Assembly (NCBI GenBank): GCA_965216315.1
Contig: CBDCFN010000016.1
Coordinates: forward strand, 2,304,001 to 2,368,000
Source: a bacterium
GTDB lineage: Bacteria; UBA10199; 2-02-FULL-50-16; JAJFLM01
Direction of reading: 5' to 3'
Length of the DNA stretch: 64,000 nucleotides
Shown here: positions 42,647 to 54,602 of the stretch, one piece after another
How positions within the stretch are numbered: position 1 is the first letter of the stretch
How the letters are laid out: every line of letters starts with the position of its first letter
The notes under the pieces: generated by a model
Told to the model about the DNA's origin: nothing
Database searches by the model: none
Seen by the model: only the letters and a program-made list of their open reading frames with translations
Made by a program: the position numbers and the translations under genes

Positions 42647-44356
42647 ATGGCCCATCCCATCTTTTACGATATCTTACTGATCTTTCTCTTGGCCATACCC
42701 GTCGTCCTCTTAGGGCACTTATTCCGACTTCCTTCGATTATCGGTTTTCTCGCCACCGGAGCCTTGATTGGACCTTACGGAATCGGGCTCATCCACGACA
42801 GTCACCAAATCAATATTCTGGCCGAGGTCGGCGTCACCCTCTTGCTCTTTACCGTCGGACTGGAATTCTCACTCGTCACGCTTAAAAAACTCAAATACCA
42901 GAGCCTGTTTGGCGCCTTGCTCCAGATTGGCGGAACATTCCTCGTGGGCGCCTTGATCGGCCAGCTCCTGAACTGGAGCCTGTACCAAAGCGTCTATTTT
43001 GGCTGTCTCCTCACCCTCTCGAGCACGGCCCTCGTGATAGGGATCATGCTCCATCACAAGATGCTCGATTCGGTCTCCGGACAACTCTCCACCTCTTATC
43101 TGATCATGCAAGACCTGGCCCTGATCCCGATGATTATTATTCTGCCGATCTTTGCCCTGACGCGGGCGGTGGCCGTCGAATGGACCCCCTTATTAAGTGA
43201 GGCGGGACAGGCCCTATTTGTTATCCTCCTGATTGCGATACTCGGGCGCATCCTCGCCCAGAAAATTCTCCACGTCATCTTCCGGTCCCGGAGCCGGGAA
43301 TTATTTATCGTCACGATCGTCGTCATCGCACTGGGAATGGCCTGGCTCACCCATATGTTGGGGCTTTCCCCGGCCCTCGGTGCCTTTCTCGGCGGACTGA
43401 TGATCGGCGGCACGGAATACAAATACCAGGCCCATACGGAGATCTCCTCGTTCCGCTATTGTTTTAACAGCATCTTCTTTGTCTCGATCGGCATGCTCCT
43501 CAATTTCGAATTCGTCATCGATCACTTCGGTCTCGTCCTGCTCTTCGCGATCATGATCCCGGTTATCAAACTCGTCATCACGACACTGTCCACCTGGGTC
43601 GTCGGCATCCCCCTGCGGCTTTCTATCGTGGTCGGCATCTCCTTGGCCCAGATCGGTGAATTCTCGTTTCTGCTGGCTTACACGGGCCAAAAAGTCGGGG
43701 CCATCAGTCCGGTTTTTTATGAGCTTATCGTCGCGACCGCAGTGATCTCGATGATCATCACCCCTGTCCTCGTCAATCAGGCGCCGCACGTCGCCGACTG
43801 GCTGATTCATCTACCGGGCTTTCGGCATTTTGCGCGCAGCGAACAAGAAGAGCTGGCCGCTGAAGAATCGGAAACCCTCTCGGAACATGTCATCATCTGC
43901 GGCTTCGGTCCCCTCGGCGAAACCTTTGGCAAGATTCTTAAGGAACATCGCATTCCCTACATCGTCCTCGAACTCAATCCGCAGACGATCGAAAAGATCC
44001 GCCTGAGTCAGGACCCGGTCTTCTTTGGCGATGGCGCATCCGAGGAAATCCTGTATAAATGCGGCATTGAGCGCGCCCGCATGCTGGCGATCACGGTCCC
44101 GGACTATTTAAACAGTGCGGCGATTATCCAACAGGCGCGCAAGCTCAATCCAAACATCCGCATCATCACGCGGGCAAAGTACCGCAATGAAGTCGATAAA
44201 TTGTACGATGCCGGCGCGGACATCGTCATCTCCGAAGAGCTTGAAGGGGGAGTGGAAATGGGCCGCTATGCCCTCAATGAGGTGGGCATTGACCCGGATA
44301 GCGTTACGACCTACATCAACCGCGTCCGCGAATTCGGCAGCGCCGACTTTTTCTAG
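42647..44356 (+). CDS. CPA2 (Kef-type) cation:proton antiporter with TrkA-N domain
   Basis: LFTVGLEFS, LSSTA, QDL, LAQIGEFSF, ICGFG, FGDG. Confidence 0.9.
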   Translation: MAHPIFYDILLIFLLAIPVVLLGHLFRLPSIIGFLATGALIGPYGIGLIHDSHQINILAEVGVTLLLFTVGLEFSLVTLKKLKYQSLFGALLQIGGTFLVGALIGQLLNWSLYQSVYFGCLLTLSSTALVIGIMLHHKMLDSVSGQLSTSYLIMQDLALIPMIIILPIFALTRAVAVEWTPLLSEAGQALFVILLIAILGRILAQKILHVIFRSRSRELFIVTIVVIALGMAWLTHMLGLSPALGAFLGGLMIGGTEYKYQAHTEISSFRYCFNSIFFVSIGMLLNFEFVIDHFGLVLLFAIMIPVIKLVITTLSTWVVGIPLRLSIVVGISLAQIGEFSFLLAYTGQKVGAISPVFYELIVATAVISMIITPVLVNQAPHVADWLIHLPGFRHFARSEQEELAAEESETLSEHVIICGFGPLGETFGKILKEHRIPYIVLELNPQTIEKIRLSQDPVFFGDGASEEILYKCGIERARMLAITVPDYLNSAAIIQQARKLNPNIRIITRAKYRNEVDKLYDAGADIVISEELEGGVEMGRYALNEVGIDPDSVTTYINRVREFGSADFF

Positions 44357-44360
44357 GCAC

Positions 44361-44395
44361 AAAAAAAGGGCGACCCTTAAAGGCCGCCCTTTTTT
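44361..44395. terminator. Bidirectional intrinsic terminator
   Basis: A7-GGGCGACC-CTTAAA-GGCCGCCC-T6 between convergent genes. Confidence 0.85.
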
Positions 44396-44412
44396 CATCG
44401 ATAGTCTCTTGA

Positions 44413-47400
44413 TTAGATTCGCTTGCGGGTCACCGCCAAGGCGCTCATCGCCGCGAGCATCAGCAGTAACAGTCCTGCCAAAGGTTGCTGCGAACCGTTC
44501 GGGGTCAGGGCACAGCCGCCGCCGTCGCCGACCGCTTCCTCGCCTCCTTCGCCCTCACCTTCGCCTTCACCTTCGCCTTCACCTTCACCTTCACCTTCAC
44601 CTTCGCCTTCACCTTCACCTTCGGCTTCACCGGCGCCGCCGCCGACCAACTCAAAGGCGCCGAGATCACAGTTATCCCCTTCAGGACGCGCCGTCCCGAG
44701 TTGATCTTCAACGGCGCAGGTCGCATTATTACCCGCATCGACAGCCGGGCTTCCCGCCTGCAGCGCAATCGTGAGAGTATCACCACCGTTATCCGCAAGA
44801 CCCGCAGAGTCAAAGAGTGGATCGCCGGTAATCACAAGAGCAGAGTCACCAATTATATCACATTCAAAGGTGTCACCGATAAAGTTGGCTCCTATCGCAA
44901 TCAGAATAGAATCGTCGTTATCCAGGTCAAATTCATGAAAGCAATCATCAACTCCCGTTCCGGGGCTAGCATCATTATTTCCCGCGATAATCGAATTAGC
45001 CAACGAGGCATTATCGACGTCGTCATAGACGTAAATACCCCCACCGTCACCATTGGTCAAACCACCGCTATCAGAGTCAGCGACATTGAACGCGACTGTC
45101 ACGTTATTGAGAGCGAGAGAGTAATCTTGTTGATAGATACCCCCACCGTGTCCAGATGCTTCGTTATTGGCCACGGTTGTATTGTACAGGCCGACATGCC
45201 CATAGCTCCAGATTCCGCCTCCATTACAATCATCAGCATCATCATCAAATCCAGTTGCGCGGTTTCCACTAATTGTGCTGTTCGTAATCGTAAGACCGTA
45301 TTCATTTTCGTTATGGATTCCTGCACCACCTTCACCATCATCCATGTTATCATAACACCCAACCAAGATATTATCCGCAATCGTTGAGTTATAAACCACG
45401 GTCACATACGCACGAATTCCACCTCCATTACCTTGATACACCACATTCCCCCGTATCGTCGAATTGTCCACGATAAGATAGTCATTGTCGTAAATCCCAC
45501 CACCATAATAATTGGAATCCTGGTCGTGATTGGCTATATTCTCTTCAATTAAACTGTTTTCGACGTAAAGCGTGTAATCATTGTAAATCCCACCACCGTC
45601 CTCATCGGCTTTATTTTTACTGACGGTGGAGTTAGTCAGGTAGAAGACGTCGCCATTGTTATAGATACCGCCGCCTCGATTGTCATAGGCGTAATTTTCC
45701 GAAACGAGGCAGTTATCCATGGTGGCCGAATAACCTGAATAAAGACCACCGCCGCTACCATCGGCTCGATTGTTCCGGATTTCACAATCTTCGAAGACAT
45801 GGGCTCCAGCCGACAGATAAATCCCCCCACCATCACTATGAGACCTGTTGTTAAGGACTTGGCTATTAACCAGGCTTAAGCCGCCAGAATCCACATGAAT
45901 CGCCCCACCGGAGCCACCGGCCTCATTGTTCGATAACTCACTATTGCCACTGACAATCAGGGTACCGTCACCAAGGTAAATTGCACCCCCATCGGAAGAA
46001 GCGTCATTGTGGGTGAATTGACTATTCTCAACGGTCAGGCTGCCATCACTGTCGGCATAAATGCCTCCGCCGCTTGCCGCCTCATTACCTGTGACGAGAC
46101 AGTTTATCAGCCGAAGCACGCCTGAATGACTAATGTAGATAGCCCCGCCATTTCCGGCTTGATCCCCATTCTGGAGAGTGAGCCCCGAAATCGTTACTCC
46201 GACGCCGTCATCAGTCGGATCGATTTGAAAGATGCGATCAGCGGTCGCGGGCCCGTTCCCATCAATAATACTGGTCCCATCCCCGGCCCCCTGAATCGTG
46301 ATACTCTTATCGATCAGAATCTGCCCCAACCCTGGATCGATTGCGATTGTCATATTCGCTGGGATATTGATGATGTCACCATCATCCGCCGTGACAATCG
46401 AGGTCCGTAACTGTCCTACAGCACCGGTATCGCCGTCGTTGTCAACATTAATGGTTTCAGCCTGGACCGATCCAACCGTCAAACCCAGCATTAATGCCGC
46501 CATTGAGAACGTCTTCATGACCTTACCCATATTTCGACTCCTCTTCCGAAAAATAGAGAACAACAACATCGACAGGAGCCCCAGCGCCGGCAGGGTGGCT
46601 GCTCCGTTCAAGCCGGCTTCGCCGCTTACGAGACTACAACCGCCACCGGAACCACCGTCCGAATCGCACGCATCACCGATGCCATCCCCATCCGCATCCG
46701 CTTGGTCGGCATTGGCATCATCCGGACAGTTATCCGTACCATCATCAACACCGTCTCCATCAGTATCACCGGCGTCACCACCTCCATCACCATCATCACC
46801 GTCGCCATCGGCGGCATCACCGTCGCCGAATTCGAACGCTCCCAGGTCACAAGCATCCCCTTGGGGTCGCTCGACACCCCGTTGATCCGCTCCCGGGCAG
46901 CTATCCGCACTTGCGGCATCGACCGCAGGACTCCCGGCCTGCAGAGCCAGGGTCGGCGTATCACCACCGTTGTCGCTGACTTCCGTCCCAACGAAAAGGG
47001 GATCGACATGCATCACATTCGCGTCGTCCCCGATAATTTCACAGCCAGTCGGATCCTGCACGATGTTCACACCCAGCGAACTCATATTATCACCTTCTAC
47101 GGTAAAATCGCTGTAGCAATCAGGTGCCTCGGCACCAGGACTCGCATCGATGTTCCCGGCGATGATGGTATTCTGAAAACTGACCTCATCATCATTATAA
47201 ATACCGCCGCCGTTACCGCCGCTGGTGCCGCCGCTATTGGCATCCGCGACGTTAAAAGCTATAGTAACATTCTGAAGCGTTGTGTTTTGACTATAGACGA
47301 AGATCGCTCCGCCATGACCATCCGCCTCGTTACCGACAAAGGTCGAATTGATGACGGTCAAAGGATATTCCGTCCAAATAGCCCCGCCATTGGCATCATC

Positions 47401-50400
47401 GGTCCCGTCAGTACCAAGAGCCCGGTTATTGATAAACGTGCTGTTGCGAACCACGCATGGCTCCGCCGCACAGGCAATCGCCCCACCTCCGTCTACGTCG
47501 TTTCGCGCCACGTTCTCTTCAAACAATGAATTTTCAACGACCAGTTCTTCATTGGCATAGATCCCGCCACCGCTGTTTTCGTTAGCCACGTTATTCCTGA
47601 TCGTAGAATCACTTACGACGAGATAGTATTGGTTATATATTCCGCCACCATCACTCGTTTCAGCCACATTCCCTTCAATGAGGGAATCTGTAATGACGGT
47701 CCCATAATTGTTGTAAATCGCTCCACCTTCATCTTCCGCCACGTTCTCCGTAAATGTGCAGTTACTTATATAAGTCGTATAGTAACTATATAGAGCTCCG
47801 CCGTAACTCTCACTGGAATTCTGGTGAAAGAGCGAATTAGTAATTGTTGCTGCCACCTCGTCGTCATAGATAGAAACTGCGCCACCGTAGTCACTCGCCG
47901 TATTGCCGATGAATTCCGAACCATTGATATTCAATGATCCGTCGTCTTCAAAATAAACAGCCCCACCGTAACCACCAGAAGGGTCAGCCGTATTATTACG
48001 GAATGATGCACCCTGTATATCGAGTGAACCAGCATAAAAATAAATACCGCCCCCGTTATCATCCGCATAATTATTCGTGATCTCACTCCCCGGTCCAACA
48101 ATAACGGTCGCCGTGTCGCTGACATAGATCCCACCGCCATAATCGGCTCGGTTACCATCAATCCGGCTGTTCTCCACCGTCAGTGTCCCATGGTCCTCTA
48201 TATAAACCGCCCCTCCATCGTCGCCAGCATCATCAACGTCGATGCCGGAAATGACACTATTGACGAGACGGACCGAACCGAATTCTCGGATCATGATCCC
48301 GCCGCCGTCCTCATCGACACGTCCGCCGGTTATAGCCATATCTTGGAAGGTAACCGATACGCCCTGGCCGTCGTTGCCTTCGTTGTAGTCGACCTCAAAG
48401 GCGCGATCACCGGTGCTGTCCCCATTGGAGCTGATCGCCGATTTGTCTCGGCCCTGCCCCTTAATGGTGATACTGACATCAATATCGAGGTCCGCGTCGC
48501 CGTCAGAATCCAAGGCCCCCCCTTCAGGGGTGAGCACGATCAATCCCTCGGGAAGCTCGAGGACGTCACCGTTCTGCAGGACACCGCTATTGATGATGAA
48601 ACGAATTTGGCCCGCCTCGGGGGGATCCGTATCCTCGAGACTCGTGACCTGATAGGTTGCGGCCTGGCTGACGCTCGGTAGCGCGACACCCATCAATGTG
48701 AACATCATGACAGCCATTAGTAAATTACGCATCGGTCTTTCTCCCCGTCTGAAGTAGAGCATCCCTAGAATCCCGGCCAGCAAGAGGGCCGCAAAGCCAC
48801 CCGCCTGTGAACCGGTATCAGTGCCTGCAGACAAGGAACAACCCCCACCGGAGCCACTGTCGCTATCACAGACATCTCCGATACCATCGGCATCGGCATC
48901 CGCCTGATCCGCGTTGGCATCATCGACACAGTTATCACAGACATCTCCGACGCCGTCGCCATCCGCATCCGCCTGGTCGGCATTCGCGTCACTGGGACAA
49001 TTGTCGTCGGCGTCATCAACTCCATCGCCGTCACCATCACCCGCGGCGCCGCCACCACCGCCGCCACCACCAGGAGCTGCATCGGGATCCTGGTCGGATT
49101 CGAGGGCACCCAGATCACAGGCCGCCCCGATCGGACGCGCCGTCCCGAGCTGGTCATCTGCTTCACAGGTATTGTTATCCCCGGCGTCAATCGCGGGACT
49201 TCCCGCCGCCAAGGGCAGGGTACCATCGGAGGCCAGTCCGGCCGCATCAAACAAGGGGTCCACGTTCAGGACGCTCAAGATATCTCCCGTCACTTCACAG
49301 CCAACGAGATCTTGAACAATGTTCGGGCCGGCGGAGGTCACCGTATAGTTGTCGAACTCGAAATCATTCCAGCAATCATGCGACGACGGAACCGTACTCG
49401 CATCCGTATTGCCCGCAATGATGCTATTGGAAACACTCACAAAATCTTCGTTGTAGAGACCGCCGCCATCGCCGCCGGAGGCCCCACCTTCATTGGCGTC
49501 CGCCGTATTATTCGCCAACGTGACGTTATTGAGCCTCAAGTCATCGTAGTTGACGATCCCGCCCCCATGACCATCCGCTTCATTGTTGACGATTGTCGAA
49601 TTGACGACCAGCACACTCCCATCGGCATAAAGACCACCGCCCTCAGGGTCGTCACTCGCATCGATTTCGCCCCGCGCGCTATTTCCAGTCAAAGCTGAAT
49701 TACGAATCACGGTGCTGGTGCCATCAGCAAAGATCCCACCCCCGCCATCGATATCGCCCGAAGCCACGTTATCCGTGATCGAGACCTTTTCGAAAACGGC
49801 AAATCCATTCTGATAAACGCCACCGCCATCGCCGCTCGAAGCGACGTTTTGCGCAATGCTTCCGCCGGTGACGTAGAGAAAATCCGAAGAATCATTGAAA
49901 ATACCACCACCGGAACCGCCCGCATCATCCTCATCGGCATCCGCGATATTCTTGGAAACCGTCGTCATCTCGAGCGTGACAGTCCCCTCGTTGTAGATAC
50001 CACCACCGTCACCGTCCGCTCGGTTGCCGGAAATCGTGCTATTATTGATCGTCAACAGATCTTGCGTAAAGATACCCCCACCTGCACCATTATCTAACGA
50101 TCGGTTATTATTGATCTCACAATTATCAATCGACATGGCCTGCAGATTGTGGATGCCGCCACCGCCATTGCCGCTATTGTCCGAGGAGTTCCCGGAGATG
50201 GTGCAGGAAGACAGATTGACACTGGAAGAGTTATTATAAATTCCACCCCCTTGATCGGCCTTATTGCCCGTCACCTCCGTGTTCGTTAGGGTCAGGGCAC
50301 CGGTATCGACATAAATGCCCCCACCGCCACTGCCGGCGTCGTTATCCTCGATCTTTGAATCGGAACCCACAATCACCATGCCTTCATCGGTATAAATCCC

Positions 50401-53331
50401 ACCACCACTACTCCCCGCAATGTTATGCGAGACCGTCGTGTTGCTGACGATCAAGGCACCCGAATCATCGACGTGAATCCCGCCGCCATTGGTCGACGAC
50501 TCATTCGCAAACACGATCGAATCCTTCACTTCGAGCGAACCATTACCGTTGAAATGGATCCCACCGCCGGGAAAACCGGCTATATCGCCGCGCTGAATCG
50601 TCACGCCGCTGATCACGACACTGATATCACTCCCGGCCGGATCGACGTGGAGCGCCCGACCGGAGGTCACGGCCCCATTCGCGTCGATGACGCTAAGACC
50701 CGCGCCCATGCCGCTGATCACCACGTCCTCCAAAACATCGATATCACCATCGACATTGGCATCGTCATTCGTGCTTGGAATCAACAAGGTAAAGGTACCC
50801 GCCGGCAGACTGATGACATCAATTGCAGTCGCCGTCGCTTCACCGGCCAGACACGTGTCTACAGCGGCGTTCGTATTAGCCGCCTCAATGGCCTCCCGAA
50901 GCGAACAGAACCCATTGTTCGTGCTCGGATCATCATCGAGTGTCTCCGTAACGGTAATCGTCTCTGCCCGTACCGGCAGAGGCGCCGCCACCACAGCGAG
51001 CATTGCCGCGACTGCTAAGGAACCAAACATCTTACGCATAAACCGTCTCCTCACCATTAAGGGCAGCGTCAATAGACCCAGTAAGGCCAACGCGGCCGTC
51101 GAACCCATTCCTTGAGAGGACCCAGCACTCAAGGAACAACCGCCCCCGGTATCACCGGCGTCACCGGTATCACAGACATCACCGATGCCATCGCCATCCG
51201 CGTCGGCCTGATCGGCATTCGCATCGCTGGGACAGTTGTCAGCGGCATCAGCCACGCCGTCGCCGTCGCTGTCCGCATCCGCATCACAGGCGTCGCCAGT
51301 CCCGTCTCCGTCAGAGTCGGCCTGATCCGGGTTAGAGACCCCGACGCAGTTATCGCTGGCATCGTCAATCCCGTCACCATCGGCATCCGCATCACAGACA
51401 TCTCCAATCCCATCGCTGTCGGCATCTTCTTGACCGGGGTTGGCATCGCCGGGACAGTTGTCGTCGGCGTCATCGATGCCATCATCGTCGCTGTCATCGT
51501 CTCCAAACTCGAAGGCCCCAAGATCACAATCGGCGTCTTGCGGCCGGGCCACCCCACGCTGATCGGTCGCTTCACAACTCCCTTGATCGCCCTTATTCCA
51601 CGCCGGACTCGCCGCCGTGATGGCCATCGTATCCGTTGGACCACCGTTATCGGCCAAGGCCGCGAGACCCGGATCTTCATGAATGACGCTACCGGCATCA
51701 CCGATGATGCTGCAATCCGTATCATCTTCGACCAGATTGGGACCCACGGCCGTCACATTGGTTCCCCCGTCGTAGCAGTTCGGACCCATGCCCGCCGCCG
51801 TATTATCTGCAATAATGCTATTACTAAGCGTTGTCGAATCCGTATTGGAAAAACCGCCGCCGTCGCCACCCGCTGTATTCCCAGCAATAGTGACATTGTT
51901 GAGCAACGTGTTGGCACCTATAGAAAGCGCTCCACCATCATCAGCCGCCTCATTGCCGTTAAACGTGCTGTTAACGATCACCCCGAAGTCAGAGCTAGTA
52001 TTATAGATTGCACCGCCGTCACGACCGGCCCCCAGCGCCTTATTCAACGAAAAGGTACTATTGCGCACAATGAACTCATCCGCCGAATACAGTCCTCCGC
52101 CATGCCCATCGGCGGTTTCGTTTTGTAAAATGGTTGAACTATCAATCGACGTATCGGCATTCGCGTAAACACCGGCGCCTTCCGAATCAGCCCCTTCCGT
52201 CTTATTGAGCTCGATCGTACTCGCCCGTATCACCAGCTCGCCTTCGGCATAGATTCCACCGCCTTCGCCGTTACCCGCGGCATCGCGCCCCGAGGTATTT
52301 TGCTTAATCGTACTATTATCGACAATCAGGGAGTCATTGGTCCAAACCCCCCCGCCGTCATTGGCAGCAGTGTTATTTTCAATATTCGTGTTGTCCAAAA
52401 GAATCGTCAAATCATCACTATAAATCCCGCCACCATCATCACCACTAGCGGCCTCATCGGTTTTATTCATCGCGACATCAGAGTTGGCGATGACAAGCGT
52501 TCCACTGTTAAAAATCCCACCCCCATCTCCGTTGGTCGAGGTATTGCCCATAATCTCACTATCGGTAATCAGCGTCGCGCCAGTCGCGTAGATACCACCG
52601 CCGTTTTCATCGGCCGTATTGTCTCGAACGATACTGCTATTAAGGATCTCCAGGGTGCCCCCGCTTGAGTAGATTCCTGCTCCGTACCCGCTCGAGGCGA
52701 AAGCCGCGACCGGATCTGCTTCATTGAGATCGATCACGCTGCCTGTCACGACCACATGGCCATCGGAGTTATAAATCCCGCCACCATGGTCGGCTGATGT
52801 ATTGCTTCTAACCGTGCTGCTATCGACGGTCAGATGAGCTTCACTCGCAACATAGATCCCCCCACCGTAATGATTATCACCCGTCGTTACGTTGCCGGTG
52901 ACCATCGAACTGAAAAGGTGAAGCGACCCGGAATGGTCGACATAAATACCGCCACCGTTAGCAGCAACACTCCCGTTCCGAATCGTTAGCCCGGAAATCA
53001 CGACCTGGACACCCTGATCATCATTATCGATCTCGATGACCCGATCCGTCCCGCCACCATCGATGATGCTCGTCGCAAAGTCGGCGCCCCGCAACGTAAT
53101 GCTCTCATCGATTTCGATCGGTCCCAGCAACAAGGTGATTGTCGTACTGGCCGGGATTTCAATCACATCACCGGGGTTGAGGGCCAAATTCTCCGCCAGG
53201 AAGCGAAGCTGACCCGCGCTCCCGTCATCGCCGGTATCCGTGACTGTGAAAGTCGCGGCCTGGACACTGGTACTGAGCATGGTCAAGGTTAAGATTGTGA
53301 ATAGACGTCGGCAGATGCGGGTGATCCCCAT
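44413..53331 (-). CDS. ~2970-aa four-module surface polyprotein (each module: signal peptide, beta-helix/choice-of-anchor-Q-like body, acidic stalk, GGGC-TM-basic sorting signal)
   Basis: GGGIY/GGAI repeats; LADNGG.T.T.AL..GSPA.DAG...DQ.G..RP....CDLGAFE four times; CSLREA motif in module 2; TSP3-like repeats; start ATG 53331 with AGGGGG SD. Confidence 0.88.
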   Translation of the reverse strand: MGITRICRRLFTILTLTMLSTSVQAATFTVTDTGDDGSAGQLRFLAENLALNPGDVIEIPASTTITLLLGPIEIDESITLRGADFATSIIDGGGTDRVIEIDNDDQGVQVVISGLTIRNGSVAANGGGIYVDHSGSLHLFSSMVTGNVTTGDNHYGGGIYVASEAHLTVDSSTVRSNTSADHGGGIYNSDGHVVVTGSVIDLNEADPVAAFASSGYGAGIYSSGGTLEILNSSIVRDNTADENGGGIYATGATLITDSEIMGNTSTNGDGGGIFNSGTLVIANSDVAMNKTDEAASGDDGGGIYSDDLTILLDNTNIENNTAANDGGGVWTNDSLIVDNSTIKQNTSGRDAAGNGEGGGIYAEGELVIRASTIELNKTEGADSEGAGVYANADTSIDSSTILQNETADGHGGGLYSADEFIVRNSTFSLNKALGAGRDGGAIYNTSSDFGVIVNSTFNGNEAADDGGALSIGANTLLNNVTIAGNTAGGDGGGFSNTDSTTLSNSIIADNTAAGMGPNCYDGGTNVTAVGPNLVEDDTDCSIIGDAGSVIHEDPGLAALADNGGPTDTMAITAASPAWNKGDQGSCEATDQRGVARPQDADCDLGAFEFGDDDSDDDGIDDADDNCPGDANPGQEDADSDGIGDVCDADADGDGIDDASDNCVGVSNPDQADSDGDGTGDACDADADSDGDGVADAADNCPSDANADQADADGDGIGDVCDTGDAGDTGGGCSLSAGSSQGMGSTAALALLGLLTLPLMVRRRFMRKMFGSLAVAAMLAVVAAPLPVRAETITVTETLDDDPSTNNGFCSLREAIEAANTNAAVDTCLAGEATATAIDVISLPAGTFTLLIPSTNDDANVDGDIDVLEDVVISGMGAGLSVIDANGAVTSGRALHVDPAGSDISVVISGVTIQRGDIAGFPGGGIHFNGNGSLEVKDSIVFANESSTNGGGIHVDDSGALIVSNTTVSHNIAGSSGGGIYTDEGMVIVGSDSKIEDNDAGSGGGGIYVDTGALTLTNTEVTGNKADQGGGIYNNSSSVNLSSCTISGNSSDNSGNGGGGIHNLQAMSIDNCEINNNRSLDNGAGGGIFTQDLLTINNSTISGNRADGDGGGIYNEGTVTLEMTTVSKNIADADEDDAGGSGGGIFNDSSDFLYVTGGSIAQNVASSGDGGGVYQNGFAVFEKVSITDNVASGDIDGGGGIFADGTSTVIRNSALTGNSARGEIDASDDPEGGGLYADGSVLVVNSTIVNNEADGHGGGIVNYDDLRLNNVTLANNTADANEGGASGGDGGGLYNEDFVSVSNSIIAGNTDASTVPSSHDCWNDFEFDNYTVTSAGPNIVQDLVGCEVTGDILSVLNVDPLFDAAGLASDGTLPLAAGSPAIDAGDNNTCEADDQLGTARPIGAACDLGALESDQDPDAAPGGGGGGGGAAGDGDGDGVDDADDNCPSDANADQADADGDGVGDVCDNCVDDANADQADADADGIGDVCDSDSGSGGGCSLSAGTDTGSQAGGFAALLLAGILGMLYFRRGERPMRNLLMAVMMFTLMGVALPSVSQAATYQVTSLEDTDPPEAGQIRFIINSGVLQNGDVLELPEGLIVLTPEGGALDSDGDADLDIDVSITIKGQGRDKSAISSNGDSTGDRAFEVDYNEGNDGQGVSVTFQDMAITGGRVDEDGGGIMIREFGSVRLVNSVISGIDVDDAGDDGGAVYIEDHGTLTVENSRIDGNRADYGGGIYVSDTATVIVGPGSEITNNYADDNGGGIYFYAGSLDIQGASFRNNTADPSGGYGGAVYFEDDGSLNINGSEFIGNTASDYGGAVSIYDDEVAATITNSLFHQNSSESYGGALYSYYTTYISNCTFTENVAEDEGGAIYNNYGTVITDSLIEGNVAETSDGGGIYNQYYLVVSDSTIRNNVANENSGGGIYANEELVVENSLFEENVARNDVDGGGAIACAAEPCVVRNSTFINNRALGTDGTDDANGGAIWTEYPLTVINSTFVGNEADGHGGAIFVYSQNTTLQNVTIAFNVADANSGGTSGGNGGGIYNDDEVSFQNTIIAGNIDASPGAEAPDCYSDFTVEGDNMSSLGVNIVQDPTGCEIIGDDANVMHVDPLFVGTEVSDNGGDTPTLALQAGSPAVDAASADSCPGADQRGVERPQGDACDLGAFEFGDGDAADGDGDDGDGGGDAGDTDGDGVDDGTDNCPDDANADQADADGDGIGDACDSDGGSGGGCSLVSGEAGLNGAATLPALGLLSMLLFSIFRKRSRNMGKVMKTFSMAALMLGLTVGSVQAETINVDNDGDTGAVGQLRTSIVTADDGDIINIPANMTIAIDPGLGQILIDKSITIQGAGDGTSIIDGNGPATADRIFQIDPTDDGVGVTISGLTLQNGDQAGNGGAIYISHSGVLRLINCLVTGNEAASGGGIYADSDGSLTVENSQFTHNDASSDGGAIYLGDGTLIVSGNSELSNNEAGGSGGAIHVDSGGLSLVNSQVLNNRSHSDGGGIYLSAGAHVFEDCEIRNNRADGSGGGLYSGYSATMDNCLVSENYAYDNRGGGIYNNGDVFYLTNSTVSKNKADEDGGGIYNDYTLYVENSLIEENIANHDQDSNYYGGGIYDNDYLIVDNSTIRGNVVYQGNGGGIRAYVTVVYNSTIADNILVGCYDNMDDGEGGAGIHNENEYGLTITNSTISGNRATGFDDDADDCNGGGIWSYGHVGLYNTTVANNEASGHGGGIYQQDYSLALNNVTVAFNVADSDSGGLTNGDGGGIYVYDDVDNASLANSIIAGNNDASPGTGVDDCFHEFDLDNDDSILIAIGANFIGDTFECDIIGDSALVITGDPLFDSAGLADNGGDTLTIALQAGSPAVDAGNNATCAVEDQLGTARPEGDNCDLGAFELVGGGAGEAEGEGEGEGEGEGEGEGEGEGEGEGEGGEEAVGDGGGCALTPNGSQQPLAGLLLLMLAAMSALAVTRKRI
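44546..44632 (-). repeat. Hexamer repeat encoding (Glu-Gly)n
   Basis: (CCTTC[A/G])n on + strand; [10 protein letters not shown]...GEG. Confidence 0.9.
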
Positions 53332-53638
53332 AAAAAGCCCCCTATGGTTGGTATCATTGAAAAAAAAGTGATTGTGCTGAAGTGCGCGCTTCCCTCGGTT
53401 ACCCATTCATTTCCCCCTAAAGCTAACGAGTACAACGTGCTCCGCGTCAAACGGCTGCGAAGTCTAACTGAAGTTACGTCAAAAAGTCAAAAGACTTTAT
53501 TTCCGTCAGCCGCAGACGGCCAAACTGATCCTTTTTGCCTGTAATTTCAAGTGGAAAAGCAGGAGGAACTAAAAATTCAGTGTTCTGTAGAATACGGAAG
53601 CGGAGCCAATTGGTTGTTATTCCACAGACTCTTAGCCC

Positions 53639-53836
53639 CTATTCTTCCGGTTCGGGTGGCGGAGGCGGTTGCTCCTCCTCAGCATGTTTTTCGACGAACT
53701 TTTCGATGTCGGCGATGTGTTCGAGAATCAATTGGGCCTTCTTAACCCCAAAAGTGAATGGATAACGATCCTTTTCCGTATTCTTGAGAGAAAGCACCGG
53801 ATTGCCCTTAAATTCATTTTCTTCTGCAATGGCCAT
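53639..53836 (-). CDS. Small conserved-looking hypothetical protein
   Basis: AAGGAG SD; EFKGNPVLSL...YPFTFGVKKAQLILEHI. Confidence 0.7.
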   Translation of the reverse strand: MAIAEENEFKGNPVLSLKNTEKDRYPFTFGVKKAQLILEHIADIEKFVEKHAEEEQPPPPPEPEE

Positions 53837-53984
53837 AATCTGACTCCTTATCGGCTCCGAGTGTACTGAAATAGCCTCTTTAGTCAATCTCCGCTCATTT
53901 GACATCCCCGCACCAGGGGCCTAAAAGCCTCTTAAATAAAGGCATCAGCCGTATCACAACCCAGCACCATAAAGGAGAATCACG

Positions 53985-54602
53985 ATGGCTCAGGACGCAC
54001 CGGTGAGTAAGAATATCCATTGGCACCACGGCAAATTAACGCGGGAGGACCGCCAGAAGTACTTAAAACAGAAAGGCGCCGTCGTCTGGCTGACCGGACT
54101 CTCGGGTTCGGGCAAATCAAGCGTCGCGGTTGAGGTCGAACACGCCCTCGTCGAAAACGGCATTAATGCCTACGTTCTCGACGGCGACAACATCCGCCAT
54201 GGCCTGAATAAGAATCTCGGGTTTTCCCCCGAAGATCGCACCGAAAATATCCGTCGTATCGGCGAGGTCGCCAAGCTCTTTGCCGAAGCCAACGTCGTCG
54301 TCCTGACCGCTTTCATCTCCCCTTATAAAGAGGATCGCAATACGGCCCGCGAGCTCCTCCCTCAGGGCAGCTTTTACGAAATTTATTGTGACGCTCCCTT
54401 GGAAACCTGCGAAGAACGCGACCCTAAAGGCCTCTACAAAAAAGCGCGTGCCGGCGAGATTCCCGAATTTACCGGCATCTCGGCACCCTATGAAGCCCCG
54501 GACAAGGCCGAGTTGGTATTGAAAACCAAGGACGAGAGCCTCGAGGACAGTACCCGCCGTGTGCTCGACCTGCTCGTCTCGAATGGTATTATCACACTCT
54601 GA
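53985..54602 (+). CDS. cysC: Adenylyl-sulfate kinase
   Basis: WLTGLSGSGKS, LDGDNIR, RDPKGLY. Confidence 0.96.
   Translation: MAQDAPVSKNIHWHHGKLTREDRQKYLKQKGAVVWLTGLSGSGKSSVAVEVEHALVENGINAYVLDGDNIRHGLNKNLGFSPEDRTENIRRIGEVAKLFAEANVVVLTAFISPYKEDRNTARELLPQGSFYEIYCDAPLETCEERDPKGLYKKARAGEIPEFTGISAPYEAPDKAELVLKTKDESLEDSTRRVLDLLVSNGIITL

Noticed and set aside
44423..52668. Many plus-strand ORFs (up to 338 aa) opposite the giant gene
   Set aside because: Antisense shadows of repetitive Gly/Asp/Asn codons; no independent motifs
44413..53331. Giant ORF as an autotransporter or as a product of stop-codon reassignment
   Set aside because: No C-terminal beta-barrel is visible; junctions contain only sense codons, and TAA, TAG and TGA all terminate conserved genes in the window
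53332..53640. Riboswitch (e.g. c-di-GMP) upstream of the polyprotein
   Set aside because: Some short inverted repeats, but I could not match a known consensus; needs an Rfam scan
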